In this document: piece by piece, positions 13,685 to 26,845 of the stretch
Layout of the letters: each line of letters starts with the position of its first letter
How positions within the stretch are numbered: position 1 is the first letter of the stretch
Assembly: GCF_006345805.1 (NCBI RefSeq)
Contig: NC_042998.1
Location: 171,430,001 to 171,494,000, forward strand
Reading direction: 5' to 3'
Length of the DNA stretch: 64,000 nt
From: Octopus sinensis
Taxonomy: Eukaryota
Made by a program: the position numbers and the translations under genes
The notes under the pieces: model-generated
Database searches by the model: none
What the model was told of the DNA's origin: nothing
The model's input: the letters and a program-made list of their open reading frames with translations, nothing else

Positions 13685-14476
13685 TCTTCTATTATAAGCA
13701 CAAGGCCTGAAATTTTGGGGAAGGCGGATAATCGATTACATTGATTCCTGTGCTCGACTGATACTTATTTTATCGACACCGAAGGACGAAAGGTAAAGTC
13801 GTACTTGGAGGAGTGTTAACTTAGAACATAAAGACGGGCGAAATGTCGTTAAGCATTCTGTTGGGTGTGCTAACGATTCAGCCAAATTGTCGTCTTAATT
13901 AATTACTTCAAATGTTGGCACAAGGCCAGTAATTTCAGGGTAGGGAGCAAGTCGATTACATCGATCTCAGTACTTGATTGGTTCTTATATTATCGGCCTC
14001 AAAATGATGGAAGGCAAAATTAACCACGTTGGAATCTGAACTCAGAAGGTAAAGATACGCGAAAGCAGCTGACCTTTTTGTCCGGTCGCGAAGAATTCTG
14101 CCAACTCGCCACCTTGAATTTCATGATATGATGATGATGATGACGACGATGATCCTGTCTATTATAGGCAAAAGGCTTAAATTTTTTTTGGGGTGGTGGT
14201 GGTGGTGGAAGAGAGTGAGTTAATTACATCGTCCCCAGCATTTGACTAGTTCTTATTTTATCAACCACCGAAAGAATGAAAGGCAAAGAAGACTAGGGCA
14301 GAATTTGAACTCAGAACATAAAGATAGGCGAAATGCGCGAAGCATTTTGTCCGGCGTGCTAATAATTCTGCCAACTCGACACATTAATAATGGTTTCAAA
14401 TTTTGATAGAAGGCCAGCAATTTTGTGGGAGGGGATAAGCTGATTACAAAGGTGCCAACTCGCCACCTTAATAATG

Positions 14477-14529
<53 letters not shown>

Positions 14530-14742
14530 CCTTTCTACTATAGACACAAGGGCTGAAACTTTGAGGGAGGGGACTAGTCGATTACATCAACCCCAGGGTT
14601 TCACTAGTACTTAATTCACCGACCCCGAAAGGTTGAAAAGCAAAGTCGACCTCTGCGGATTTTGAACTCAGAACGTCAAAGCTGACGAAATGCCGCTAAG
14701 CATTTCACCCGGCGAAGTAACGATTCTATCAGCACGCCGCCT
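13685..14742 (-). mobile_element. Cluster of at least 4 same-orientation family A SINEs separated by (AAT)n/(GAT)n
   Basis: Repeated GGCAAAGTCGAC...ATTTGAACTCAGAAC...GCTAACGATTCTGCCA blocks near 13685, 13905, 14160 and 14530. Confidence 0.8.
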
Positions 14743-14768
14743 CAATAATGATAATAATAATAATAGTA

Positions 14769-14810
<42 letters not shown>

Positions 14811-14813
<3 letters not shown>

Positions 14814-15177
14814 GGCTACAGCAAATATTCTGCTCAATACCACTGATTTGCTTGTTAGTTGTTTGTGCATCCCTAATCACGAGCAAAAGTAGTAGGGGAG
14901 CATCATAGCCATGTGTTGAGAGGGATTCTTTGGGGTCTGAATAATTCACCTCTGGAAACATGGGTGTTTCGTTCAACATCTTTAAACAACCCTTATTCAG
15001 GGACCTTTCGAGGTCATGCGCTGTTTATCTTGATATGAGATCACCACGTTGCGCGCATATGGTTGTGATGTATGTGCCTAGTGTACCCTTATCAGACGGG
15101 TAGTCATGATGGGTATACTGGGCTTCGTATATTTTACCCCGGTGTCACTTTGATGGCATGCACTGCTCTCTCACTCA
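14811..15177 (+). mobile_element. Non-autonomous retroelement inserted in (AAT)n, 5'-truncated
   Basis: (AAT)n on both sides. Homologous to 45064-45707. 3' end CTCTCACTC(AAT)n. Confidence 0.75.
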
Positions 15178-15186
15178 ATAATAATA

Positions 15187-15239
<53 letters not shown>

Positions 15240-16559
15240 TTCTTTATCAACCACAAACAGTTTACATTAAAAAACATTGTGGACAACACAAGACAATAGA
15301 ATGTGGGGTTCCAGGGAGGTCATGTAAACAACGAAAAACAATCGATTATAACAACAAAATTCACCAAAAGAACGAGACCTCCTAGGACTTCTCGTAATAA
15401 TAATTGAATAATATTTAGAAACATTGTTAACATTCTCACGAAAACTCTGTATGCCTCGGTCCTTGACTGATGCTACTTATTTTATCGACTCCAGGACATA
15501 AACCAAAGGCGGTCCCAACAGGATTTGAACATAGAAAGTTCTTAGAATTGGATAACAGATATCGCTAAATGGCCCCAAAATAATTAAAAACTTACTTTTA
15601 AATAGATATAGTCATTAGAATTGACGCCAGGACTTCACTGGTACGTTATCGACCCTAGAGGGATGAGTAGGAAAGTTTGCTTCGGTAGAATTTGTATTAA
15701 AAAAAAATAGGTGGCTTGTTGCTTAACTTTGGCAACATCCCTTATATTTTGGGATGAGCGTGTAACTGAATTATTTGATTCCAGTGATTATTTTACCAAG
15801 CTGAGAACAGAGACATCATCATAACATTATTATACTTTAAACAAAGGCAGTGAAATGGCAGAATCGTTAGACGAACGAAATGTTTAGTGATATTTTTTCG
15901 GGTTTTATGTTCTATGTTAAAACTGCGTCGGTGTCTGCCTTTCAACCTTTTGGGCGCATTAAAGTAAGTACCAGTTAAAAACTGGGATCGATGTAATCGA
16001 CTAGCCCCCGCCCTACAGAATTGCTGGCCTTGTGCCAAAATTTGAAAGAAATTAGAAATTAGCTTTAACATTGGGCACTCTCATATATTTTAGTGGTCTG
16101 AAAGCATCGTTTGAAATTTGATTCAGTATTTGACGGGTACTTTAAAATTACAGAAGAATGAAAGCTAAGTTTGCACCACACTAGTGATGACAACAGCAAT
16201 AACGACAGAATAAACATTTCTAAAAAATACTTTCATTAATTAAGATTAAGGATTTTCAGAACAATACTAAAACTGAAGAAAAGAAAAGAAAAAAAAAACG
16301 AAAAACCTCATAAACACAAAGCAAAGCAAAACTTATTCACTCAAGGTAATAGATATAAAAAAGTATATTTTCTCTTACCGCAAATATTTTCTTTCTCATT
16401 CCATGAAAAAAAGATATCCAGCAGTATTTTGTGTAAATAACAGAAGAGAGATTTTGGACCAAATACTTGGTTGTCTGAAGTGAAGAGAGTTAAGTTGAAG
16501 TTTAATAGTAGTGGAGCTACATTATCGTACGAACGAGCGAGCGAGCGAGCGAGAGGGTA

Positions 16560-16590
16560 TGTGTGTGTGTATCTGTGCGTATGTACATGC

Positions 16591-16621
<31 letters not shown>

Positions 16622-16796
16622 TGTATGTGTGTGTGTGTGTGTGTATGTGTGTGTGTATGTGTATGTATGTATGTATGTATGTATGTATGTGGTGTGTGTG
16701 TGTATGTATGTATGTATGTATGTATGTGTGTGTGTATGTGTGTGTGTATGTATGTATGTATGTATGTATGTATATATGTATGTATGTGTGTGTGTA

Positions 16797-16829
<33 letters not shown>

Positions 16830-16866
16830 ATGTATGTATGTATGTATGAATGAATGAATGTATGTA
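16560..16866. repeat. Compound (GT)n/(GTAT)n microsatellite
   Basis: Direct reading. One of dozens of (TA)n, (CA)n, (GA)n, (GTAT)n, (CTAT)n and (AAT)n tracts in the window. Confidence 0.95.
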
Positions 16867-16956
16867 TCTCTCTTTCTCTATCTATATTATATATGGTAAA
16901 AAGAATTATTCTATATATACATAAAATATATATTCAATGTACATATACATACACAC

Positions 16957-16994
<38 letters not shown>

Positions 16995-17477
16995 TATGTG
17001 TGTGTATATATATAATGTATATAAATTAAACAGTGTGTGGGTTAATGTGAGTTACGCCTGTGTGGTGGCTGGCAGTGTGTCTCTGTATTTATGTGTGTGC
17101 GTGTCTTTGAGTATATGTGCGGCGGTTGACAGTGTATTTCTGCGTGTATTTGCGCGCATGTGTGTGTGTGTGTGCTTACGTGCGTGTCAGCGCACGCGCG
17201 CGCGTGTGTGTGTGTGTTCGCACACTACAGCATATTTGAATGGACAGCGTAACAGTTAATACTACTCGTTCTGACAAGCAGTCATTTCGATGTCTTACAA
17301 CCAATAGTTTGTAGTAAGGATTCCGAAGCTAGGAAGGACTGTGTTGCCAAGATATACGTGTGTTTGCCATCCAATGCTATTGACGACTATGTTTTGCTAT
17401 TAGGAATGTACACAGCTTCGCGTACGTCTGTGTGCACGAGCATAATATGTATTTATATATTTATACAGATTCTTTTA

Positions 17478-17985
17478 TTTCTTTTGGCCATTTAACTGCA
17501 GCCATGCTGGAGCACCGCCTTTAGTCGAACAAATCGAACCCAGGGCTTATTTTTTATAAGCCTAGTACTTAGTCTATCGGACCATTTTGCCGAACCGCTA
17601 AGTTACGGAGACGTAAACACTCCAGCATCGGTTGTCAAGCGATGGGGGAGAAACACAGACACACAAATACATGTATGTATGTATGTATGTATGTATGTAT
17701 GTATGTATGTATGTATGTATGTATGTATGTGTGTATGTATATATCTATATCTATCTATCTATCTATATATATATATGGTAAGTAGCTTGCTTATCAACCA
17801 CAAGGTTCTGGGTTCAGTCCAACTGCGTGGCAACTTGGTCAAATGTCTTCTACTATAGCCTCGGATCGACCAAAGCCTTGTGAGTAGATTTGGTAGACGG
17901 AAACTGAAAGAAGCCCGTCGTATATATGTATACGTATATGAATATATATATATGTGTGTGTGTTTGTGTGTCTGTGTTTGTTCCC
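17478..17985. mobile_element. Two partial family B SINEs: 3' half on minus (17478-17665), 5' half on plus (17776-17985)
   Basis: GCCATGCTGGAGCACCGCC tail block and GGTTCAGTCC...GGTAGACGGAAACTGAAAGAAGCCCGTCG head block. Confidence 0.8.
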
Positions 17986-18345
17986 CCCACCCATTTTTTC
18001 TCTCATTGTTTACGTATTTAACTCGTTTGTCTGCGTTTTTCATGTTGTTTACACAGTTGGTGACGTCCTGTACCCATATATGCATATATATGGACCATAA
18101 ACAAAACTTGACTTAAACATGATTTAGATAATCCTATCAGGTGGTGCTGTTAAGTTAGGCATGGCCTGGACCAATCTTTGATGGAAACATATCTAAGTTT
18201 ATCTAAGTTTATATACATATATGATATATATATATGAATATATATACATATATACATATGTATAGTATATATATATATATGTGTATATCCAATATAATAT
18301 ATATATAGATGTGTGTGTTTATACAAACATACATACATACATACA

Positions 18346-18378
<33 letters not shown>

Positions 18379-18559
18379 GTGACCGCGTGTGTACCGTTGG
18401 CGATTTTTTTCCCTCTGTCTTCCCTTCTCTGGATCTTTCCTTCTCCTATGTTTCCGACGTTAAACCTTCCTTCTTTCCTTCTTTCCTTAGCGTCCAATAA
18501 TACTATATTTGTTCCACGTCCTCGCGTTGTTGTGTTTTTTTGTGCTTTCTTGTTTGGAT

Positions 18560-18605
<46 letters not shown>

Positions 18606-18722
18606 TAAAAACGACGGTAAGATAACAAAAGAAAGAAAGAGAAATCAATATTATGTAAATAGAGGAAATTTATCTGTGAAATAATATGTGAATAATTGTC
18701 ACATATTATTTTACAGATATTG

Positions 18723-18759
<37 letters not shown>

Positions 18760-19797
18760 AACACATGTATATATGGATATATGTAAACACACTCACTGAC
18801 ATGCACACACACATATATGTAGGTATGTGTATATCCTATTTATTTATTTTTTTTTTTATTTTATCTAGTCTCAGCTCACGAGCTGTGGCCATGCTGGGGC
18901 ACCGCTATTAAAATGGTTTACGCCCGCATATATGTGTTTATATATACATACATACATATCACATGTATATATGGATATATGTAAACACAGTCACTGACAT
19001 GCACACACACATATATGTAGGTATATATTTATGTATGTATTTATTTGTATATGTATAAGTAATTTTTAAACAATACAAAACAATAAAGTATATTTTACAT
19101 ACGTGGTTTTGTTAACTTTAAAAAAATTTTTTTTTGAAAATCACCAAAGATTGAATGCCTTGTCTATCTCACGAATCTCTAATTCTTTCTTGAAGAATTT
19201 AGCGCTACTATTACAAAACTTTTAACTTCTTCGTTCAAAACTTGCAGCATTTTTTGAAAGTTAGTTTCAGAGTGGCCTTTAGTAGATATGTGGTTAAAAG
19301 CAGTTGTAGAAGAGTCTCTTCTTAACCGTCCGAACTAGTCATTTGCGGTCCTGTGAACCCTTTTAGAATCTTCATAAGTGAGGGTTTTATCAATATGTAG
19401 CTCACCCTAAATATAACTTGCATCATTTATCTAGATCTCTCAACCGGAAAGTTTTGACGTTTTAAAAGCTCATCCTGCCAGCCATATCAACGTTTATTGT
19501 TGATATGTGGTCTCCAGTTGAGATTGTCATCGGCAATTACTCCTGCACCTTTGGCATTGTTAGAACCTCTTTCGAAGTGAGAAAGTACGGCTGTTTAAGC
19601 AAATTCTCTTTCCTTAAGTGAATGTGCATAATGTTATGGATTACAGTATATAAGTCAGACTGGAGTTTTATCTCATCTTCTACTCCGTTGATAACTTAGA
19701 ATCCTTCGTGGAAAATCTGATTCCGCTGAATTAAATGGCATTTGTAATGTTTATGTAAATTTCTAAAAGTGGTTGGCTCAATATAGTACATTTTAGG

Positions 19798-20212
19798 GGA
19801 TCTTTTCGGTTTGAACGGCAGTTTTTTCTAGCAGTGTCATATGAAATTGTCACCCATAATTATGACCCTAGTATCGATCTATTGCATTTCAATTTCTTTT
19901 AGGGTTAGGGTTAGGGGTGGGGGAAGGGTATCTTTTTTTCTTCACAAATGTAAATAAACCCAATCTGTTTCTTAAACGAAGGACATATTCATACGACACA
20001 GAATGCTTTTTAACTCAATGGACGTCATCGATTGGTTGAAATTTCAGAAATTGAAGAAAAAAACAACAAATATCTTACAAACTATAGAATTTTCTCAATA
20101 AAACCAAGAGAAAAAGATATTTTATAAACACATTCTACAAGTATTCGAAGTTTAAAACTTTTTAGTAACCTACAAATTATTTTAAAAACTGCCGTTCAAA
20201 CCGAAAAGGTCC
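19798..20212. mobile_element. ~410 bp MITE with TTAGGG core (copy 2)
   Basis: Same TIRs. Flanks CATTTTAGG / CATTTTGGG form a 9 bp TSD with one mismatch. Core TTAGGGTTAGGGTTAGGG. Confidence 0.9.
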
Positions 20213-20214
20213 CA

Positions 20215-20680
20215 TTTTGGGCAACACAAATGACTGTTGCTGGGGCTGTGTGAAATTCATTGATTGCATGTTGAGTTCTGCATTAGTGCAGTTGTTTTTT
20301 TTTTTTCATGGATTCCATTGCTGGATAGTTTTGCCGTAAAATGCTTATATTGACACTATCGAAGGATTTATTGAAGTTAAGGTATATGACAGCCATGTTT
20401 CAATCCTGCGTTAGAGTGTAGAAACTGTGATAAGCAGTCTTTGCCACCTGAAACTTATATTGTTTGGCATGTGGGAGATAATTGTTGTCCGAAATCTAAT
20501 ATGTTCTTGATATCACTACCACTTCAGCTATTTTAATGATATGAAAGGTGCATGATAATAGTCGGAAGTTTATAGTAAGTGACTTATTTTTGCTGTTGAC
20601 TTATTCTTGCTAGACTTGATTGGAAAACATTCTAATATATGGCCTGCATCTAATGATTTTCTCAAGCAAATAATAAAAGG
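20215..20680 (-). mobile_element. Highly decayed CR1/L2-like RT fragment
   Basis: Minus strand AVIYLNFNKSFDSV (~20352-20395) resembles the RT motif xIYLDFSKAFDSV. Confidence 0.4.
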
Positions 20681-20704
20681 TGACGCAATATTTATGAATA
20701 TTAA

Positions 20705-21075
20705 GGCGGCGTACTGGCAGAATCGTTAGCACGCCGAGTGAAATGCTTAGCAGTATTTCGTCTGCCGCTACGTTCTGAGTTCAAATTCCGCCGAGGTCGA
20801 CTTTGCCTTTCATCCTTTCGGGGTCGATTAAATGAGTACCAGTTACGCACTGGGGTCGATATAATCGACTTAATCCGTTTGTCTGTCCTTGTGTGTCTCC
20901 TCTGTGTTTAGCCCCTTGTGGGTAGTAAAGAAATAGAAATAGGTATTTCGTCTGTGATTTCGTTCTGAGTCCAAATTCCGCCGAGGTCAACTTTATCTTT
21001 CATCCTTTCGGGGTCGATAAATTAAGTACCAGTTGCGTACTGGGGTCGATCGAATCCCAAAATTTAGAGCCTTGA
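20705..21075 (+). mobile_element. Family A SINE, dimeric
   Basis: tRNA-like head TGGCAGAATCGTTAGC...GAGTTCAAATTCC. The core GCCTTTCATCCTTTCGGGGTCGAT occurs twice. Confidence 0.85.
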
Positions 21076-21569
21076 GAATATTTGTGAATATTTTTTTTGT
21101 TTTGAAATTTAAAAAAAATTGTTTAAGTTCTATGAAAATAGAACGGTCTTATTTTCGTATTTAATGTCACATATTTTGAAGTTAAACAATTGTCTACTTC
21201 CAGATTAAAGTAGATTTTCGGCAATTTTACAAAACGTTTGGTAAATTTATGATCAGGCGTAATTTGTATAATTATATTTAAAGCAGCAACCTGAAATAAA
21301 GCTAAAGGCTCTAATAATGTAAATTGAAATAGCTAAATTTAGGGTTTTTACTATAGGTCTTTAGCCTCAGATAACATTCAGAGACAATCTCATTTTATTG
21401 ATAGTAAAAAGTAAAAAGTTTCTGACATTACAAACATTTAACTAATCTCATAGATAATGCATGTCTGTATGTATGTATGTGTGTGTATGTATGTATGTAT
21501 GTATGTATGTATGTATGTATGTATGTATGTATGTATGTATGTATGTATGTGTGTATGTATGTATGTATG

Positions 21570-24400
21570 TGTGCAGATTTGCATGTTTTGCTTTATGTAT
21601 GTATTTTCATGCATAGTTGTTGCGTATCTAGATATGCTCATATATATTTAAATGATAAACTTCTGGAAAGTTTTACAGATTTTTACGGTTCCAGTGAAGG
21701 ATTGGATCTGTAGCCTTCGAATTAGCTTTCTCCTTTCTGGTTTTGAGAAGCCTAATTTCTCAAGATTGGTATTTAGGTAGTGTGTTACATATCTCAGGGC
21801 CCCAGTAATTACAGGTATAAGCCTGAACTTAGAATCTGGATAGAGTAACTGTAGATTTCTCAATACTTCAGCGTAGATGTTCTCTTTTTCACTGACCTTC
21901 AGCCTTATGTTCGCTGGGCAGCTAATTTCTACAACTGTGTACAGTTTCTCTTCTCTATCCCAAATCATTATATCAGGTGTTTTGTGATAATATTTTATTG
22001 AGGTCTTCACTGGTACATTCCACCAGTATTCTTTTTCATTATGAGTGACTATGGCTTCTACCATATTGTGGGTTTTTATTTCTTTGTCCTCGGGATTACC
22101 CTTCCGACGGATTTCATTATAGAGTGTCCTAGCTACAACGTCATGTCTCATCGGTAGACGATACCGTGATGACATTTTCGGACTATTGCTTATGATGTGG
22201 GTGATATCTTCAGTGTGAACTCCACAAAGTCTGCATCGGTTTTCACATTTTACGGCTTTTCCCGCATCTCTATGCTTTAGTGCATCATGTACTTGGTTGA
22301 TATTTTCTGTTCTGGATTGCAAACACATACCCTTCAAATTGGGAGGTAATAATCCAGCTATTCGTCCATGATAAATTGCTTTGATGATCGATGTTACTAT
22401 CATCACGGAGCTTTCTACTAACATATCCATCCATAGTCTTCTGTTCATATAGGCATCCTTTCATCTGATGATATGTTGTGGTAGAGTCATGTAACTTCTT
22501 TGGGCATTTTTTCTAGGTTATCAGACAAAGAATATTGCTTAAGGAACTGCCTACCAAGTCTTATGATGTTATCAGCTTCATATATGCAAACTTGGTCAAG
22601 GGATATACTTCGACGCTTGGTGGTTAAAAGATGTTGCCGAAGGGATATGATGCGACATTCAAAGGCATTTTGGATCGATGTTAAGCCTCTGCCACCTTGT
22701 TTACGTTTTAGGTAGAGGCGGTCTACATCACTGTTTATGTGAAAATTATGTGTGCTTGTTAGTAATTTTCGGATCTCATAAAGCATTCAATCAAGCAGCC
22801 CAGATGTTCGTATGAGTACTGGCACTGCAAAACATTGTGGGCCACTATTTTATTGAATGCAGAGAGTTCTGAGGTCCAAATGTTCTTAATTCGGCTGTAA
22901 TATTCTTTAGTGACACGAGTTTTGCCACTGTAAGATATATTTTCATCCACCCTAGATACCTGTAACATTCCTCGTCAGATACAGGGGAAACAGTCAAATC
23001 ATTGACAGAGATGCTACTAGTCTGGTTTATAGTTTGCTCCCTTTGCACAACCATATAACAACATTTATCCTGACCAAACTCCAACCCTACATCCTTTGAG
23101 AATGATGTAACTAGGTCAAGGCTCTTTTTTTTCTCAAGCATATTCTTTTTATAAAGTTTTAAGTCATCCACAAAGAAATGTGTAATCTCAGTGTTTCTGT
23201 TTCCTTGTGGACCAGTGAAATATCCTTCAGGCTTCCTTAACTTGAATGACAGACAAGAGGTTTATAGAAAGTATAAAAAACATCACAGAGAGGCTGTCTC
23301 CTTGGAATATGCCTTCTGCGATATTGTATTCTATCAGTGATAATACAGTCACTCTTTGAGTTTAATTTCAAGATGGTGGCCCACGATGAAGTCAGGTCAG
23401 CTATGGCTTTGTCTATTCTCACTGGAACTTTAGCAAGTTGAAGGGTTTCTAGCATCCATGAGTGGGGAACAGAGTGAAAGGCTTTCTTGTAATCTAGCCA
23501 CATTGAAACTAGGTTCCACCTATGCTCTCGCACCTCTGACATCACAGTTTTGTTGATTAGCAATTGCTCGGCACATCCCCAAACTCCCTTCTTCCTAGCT
23601 GCTTGTTCTGCTGTGATAATGTTATTGGCTTTACAATAGTCCTGGATGAATAGGTTTAAACATACTGTATATATATCTTATACATTAAGTTCTGGCATGC
23701 AATTGGCCAGTAGGTTTTTGCCATGTGGGTGGTTCTGCATTTGGTGATCAATTTTGTCTCTGCCAGAGCTAGCCAGTGTGGTATGCTACTGTTCTCAATA
23801 AAAGCTTGCTGGCACAGATTAATAAGATATGATCGGCAGAATGTTAGCTTTTTGCACCAATATTCAAAAATATAATCACTTCCAGGTACTTTTCCATTTT
23901 GGATCACAGTTGCAAAAGTTTCATCATCAATGTTGTATATATTGTATGTAATGCATGAGCAATAACTTCTTCGGATTTCTTCCAGCCACAGAGCATCTTG
24001 GTTAAATTCCTTCTCTTTACTCCAGACTTTCCTCCAGAATGAGTCTATGTCTTCTTGTGAAGGAGCTTCCGTGATATTTATTGCTCCTCCTCTCAAGTCT
24101 CTGTATACTGTTTCCTAGTTGCGATTAAATATTTTGGTTATTGTTCTTCCCTCGTTTATTCTCTTCTGATGTCGGAGTTTTTCACTGACAGCTTTTAGGT
24201 CCTGCTTTATAGTAATCAGTTTGCAGGTGAGTGTCTCCTTTTGCTGACTCCAAACATCATTTCTATCTCCTTCTTTACTTTCTATTGGTGGGACGTATAG
24301 GGCTTTGCGTGTTTGCATAAAACCCACGATGGTACTTTCTTATTTCGGTTTTGTTTACGTTTTGAATATCATTCGTGTACTGTTTTACAATAGCCATGGT
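21570..24400 (-). mobile_element. R4/Dong-type non-LTR retrotransposon (RT + CCHC knuckle + restriction-like endonuclease), frameshifted
   Basis: WLDYKKAFHSVPHSW, VDDLKLY, LYLKRKQGGRGL, CRLCG..EDITHIIS, MRHDVVAR, and PDIMIWD...VVEISCP (PD-(D/E)xK type). 3' end runs into (ACAT)n. Confidence 0.9.
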
Positions 24401-24546
24401 CAATGCGACGATCACACGCTACTCTTTATTCCAAGCACTGTTGTAAACAGCGGAAGTAAACTAGAACATTAAAGCTTAGTGTGCATGCACAAAAAAGTTC
24501 AAGGTCAATTTTTGCCAAGTGGCTTAACTCTGCGTGTTTTAACTTC

Positions 24547-24560
24547 GTTACTATGGCAAC
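24547..24560. promoter_or_regulatory. RFX X-box-like palindrome, with an ETS-like CGGAAGT at 24451
   Basis: GTTACTATGGCAAC fits the X-box consensus GTHNYYATRRNAAC. Function is untested. Confidence 0.3.
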
Positions 24561-24578
24561 AGTCCGGATACTTATTGA

Positions 24579-24810
24579 TCAGACCTCGTATTCTTTTGAC
24601 CTATCGGTCTCAATATAATCTACTTCGTCTATAGATGTCTTCTTTTTCGTTATCTTGTTCCAGACTGTTGCTACCGCATCATACCTCATGGGAAGATATC
24701 TGGAAGAAATTCTCTCGCTACTGGCAAAAATGTGGTTGTAGTCTTCAGTCTTGGTCTTGTACAGCATATATTTGTTGTCTGTTAACTTTTTCTGCTTTTT
24801 ACGCTGCAAA
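24579..24810 (-). mobile_element. Second, diverged R4/Dong-type C-terminal fragment
   Basis: ISSRYLPMRYDAVA...KEY parallels MSSRYRLPMRHDVVAR...KEYWW in 21648-22448. Confidence 0.6.
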
Positions 24811-25161
24811 ATACTCGGTGGGGATCTCTTGGTCTTGAATCCAGTAATTATTTTATTAAGATAAAAACAGAAACATCATTCTATTATATTCTAAATATAT
24901 ATGTATTATATTTTAACATGTATGTATTTGTGGATGAGTGTATACAAGTATATCGCCCCCCACACACACACAACACACAGATATACATGTATATTTATAC
25001 CATCCCACTTCAATCCAACTTTGTATTTCAGCCTGAATTCTGAATAAGTTAATTAGAGTTGGCTATTCCTCACCGAGTCTTTACTGATTATAACAACCTC
25101 TTTCCTAACTCGGTCGAGACAAATTCTCATTTATTTACAAGTAAAATTAGGGCTTATTAAT

Positions 25162-25700
25162 GCAGCGAGCCGGTAGAATCGTAGGCACGCCGGGCTAAAT
25201 GCTTAGCACCATCTCATCCGTCCTTACGTTCTAAGTTCAAATTCCGCCGAGGTCGACTTTGCCTTTCATCCTTTCGGTGTCGATAAATTAAGTACCAGCT
25301 GCGTACTGGGGTCGATCTAATAGACTGGCCTCCTTCCCCAAAACGTCGAACCTTGTGCCTAGAGTAGAAAATAATATTGATTTGTACTTTCATTTCCGGC
25401 CCACAGTTAAGTCTAGCTATACATCTATTTATATCTATTTTTTTTATATACTTTTATATTTTTTAAACCATTACTATAATTATGCATTAATTCAAAGGCA
25501 GCGAGCTGGTAGAATTGCGGATAACAGAAAAATACCTTGTGGTATTTGTTTTGGCAGTTTATGCTCTGAGTTCAAATACTGCTGAGGTCTACTTCACCTT
25601 TCATCCTTTCGTTTCAGAGTTGATAAAATATATATGAGCCAACAACTGGGTCAATGTAACAGGCTAGCTCTGCACCCAACACCAAATTGTTGGGCTTTTA
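25162..25700 (+). mobile_element. Two family A SINEs (25162-25370; decayed 25497-25700)
   Basis: Family head and core motifs. Confidence 0.8.
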
Positions 25701-26845
25701 CCTAATTTATACTTATTTATTTATTTACTTATTTATTTACTAATTTATTCATTTATTATATTTATTCATGTATTACATGTACTTAGCGGCTTCATTAGTT
25801 CTTTAATCTTGCTAATAATATTTAATATTATTAAACAATATCTAAACTTTATTCTACAAATTTCCTCTGATCCTTGGGCAATTTTCGAAACGTCTTTATT
25901 TTTTTTTTTTTGCGTATTTTTCTGTTTCATCTCCATGTTTTTTTTTCTTCCCTATGCTCTCCAAACCCACCGTCAAAATATACCTGCATGCATTCAAGTA
26001 TGTATATATGTATGCATGTGTGTGTGTGTGTATGCATGTATATCAATATAAACGTGCGTATGTTGGTAGACATGAATGTCTTTCGTACGCATTCGTCTAT
26101 AAGTTTTCGGGTGCATCCGTGTATAAGTGTATATATGTACGTATCCAGATGTGAAAGTATTTTGTGCACAATAGTTTATGTATCCATTTACATATATGAT
26201 TACATGTTTTGCGTCTATAAGCATATATAAATGCATACGTGTACATGTATGTATGTCTGTATATATAGATATGTCTTTGTGTATGTGCGCGCGCGTGTGA
26301 AAATATTTGCGTTCGGATGTGCGCACGTGTATATATGCCATTTATATATGTGTGTATACTTGCACATGTATGTATATACAGTATGTATATATATATATAT
26401 ATAATAGTATAGACACACATATTTACATATAAGGGCTAAGATATCTAGCTTAAAGTGGCCAGTGGCATGAATATGAGCAATAAATGCATATAATGTTATA
26501 GAAGATAAAATATTTATTAATTGAATTTTTCCCTTCGAGAAATAAGTAAACAAATGCCTCGTGGCGACCAACTCTCAATGAGAAGATAATCATAAGAATC
26601 ATGAATTCTCCGAATCAATATGCTACTAGGCATTCATTTACTTCTCACAGGAAGGAAGATTATTTTCAATAGACGATTAAATTATCTTCTATGGTATAAT
26701 ATAGAGAAAGGGTTGGGAAATTGTCTGTAGCTGTTGTTGAAATTTTGGCTACTTTCAGACTTTATAACTTTGCATGTAAGCACCAAAAACGTTCTCTCAT
26801 TCTCCATATTCTTAAACTACCCAGGTTATATGAAGAAAAAAGTCA

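Noticed and set aside
16471-16857. Long ORFs of YI/CV/HT/RE/LSIY repeats here and throughout the track (e.g. 2348, 8588, 35607, 44046, 59657, 60854)
   Set aside because: They are translations of stop-free microsatellites, not genes.
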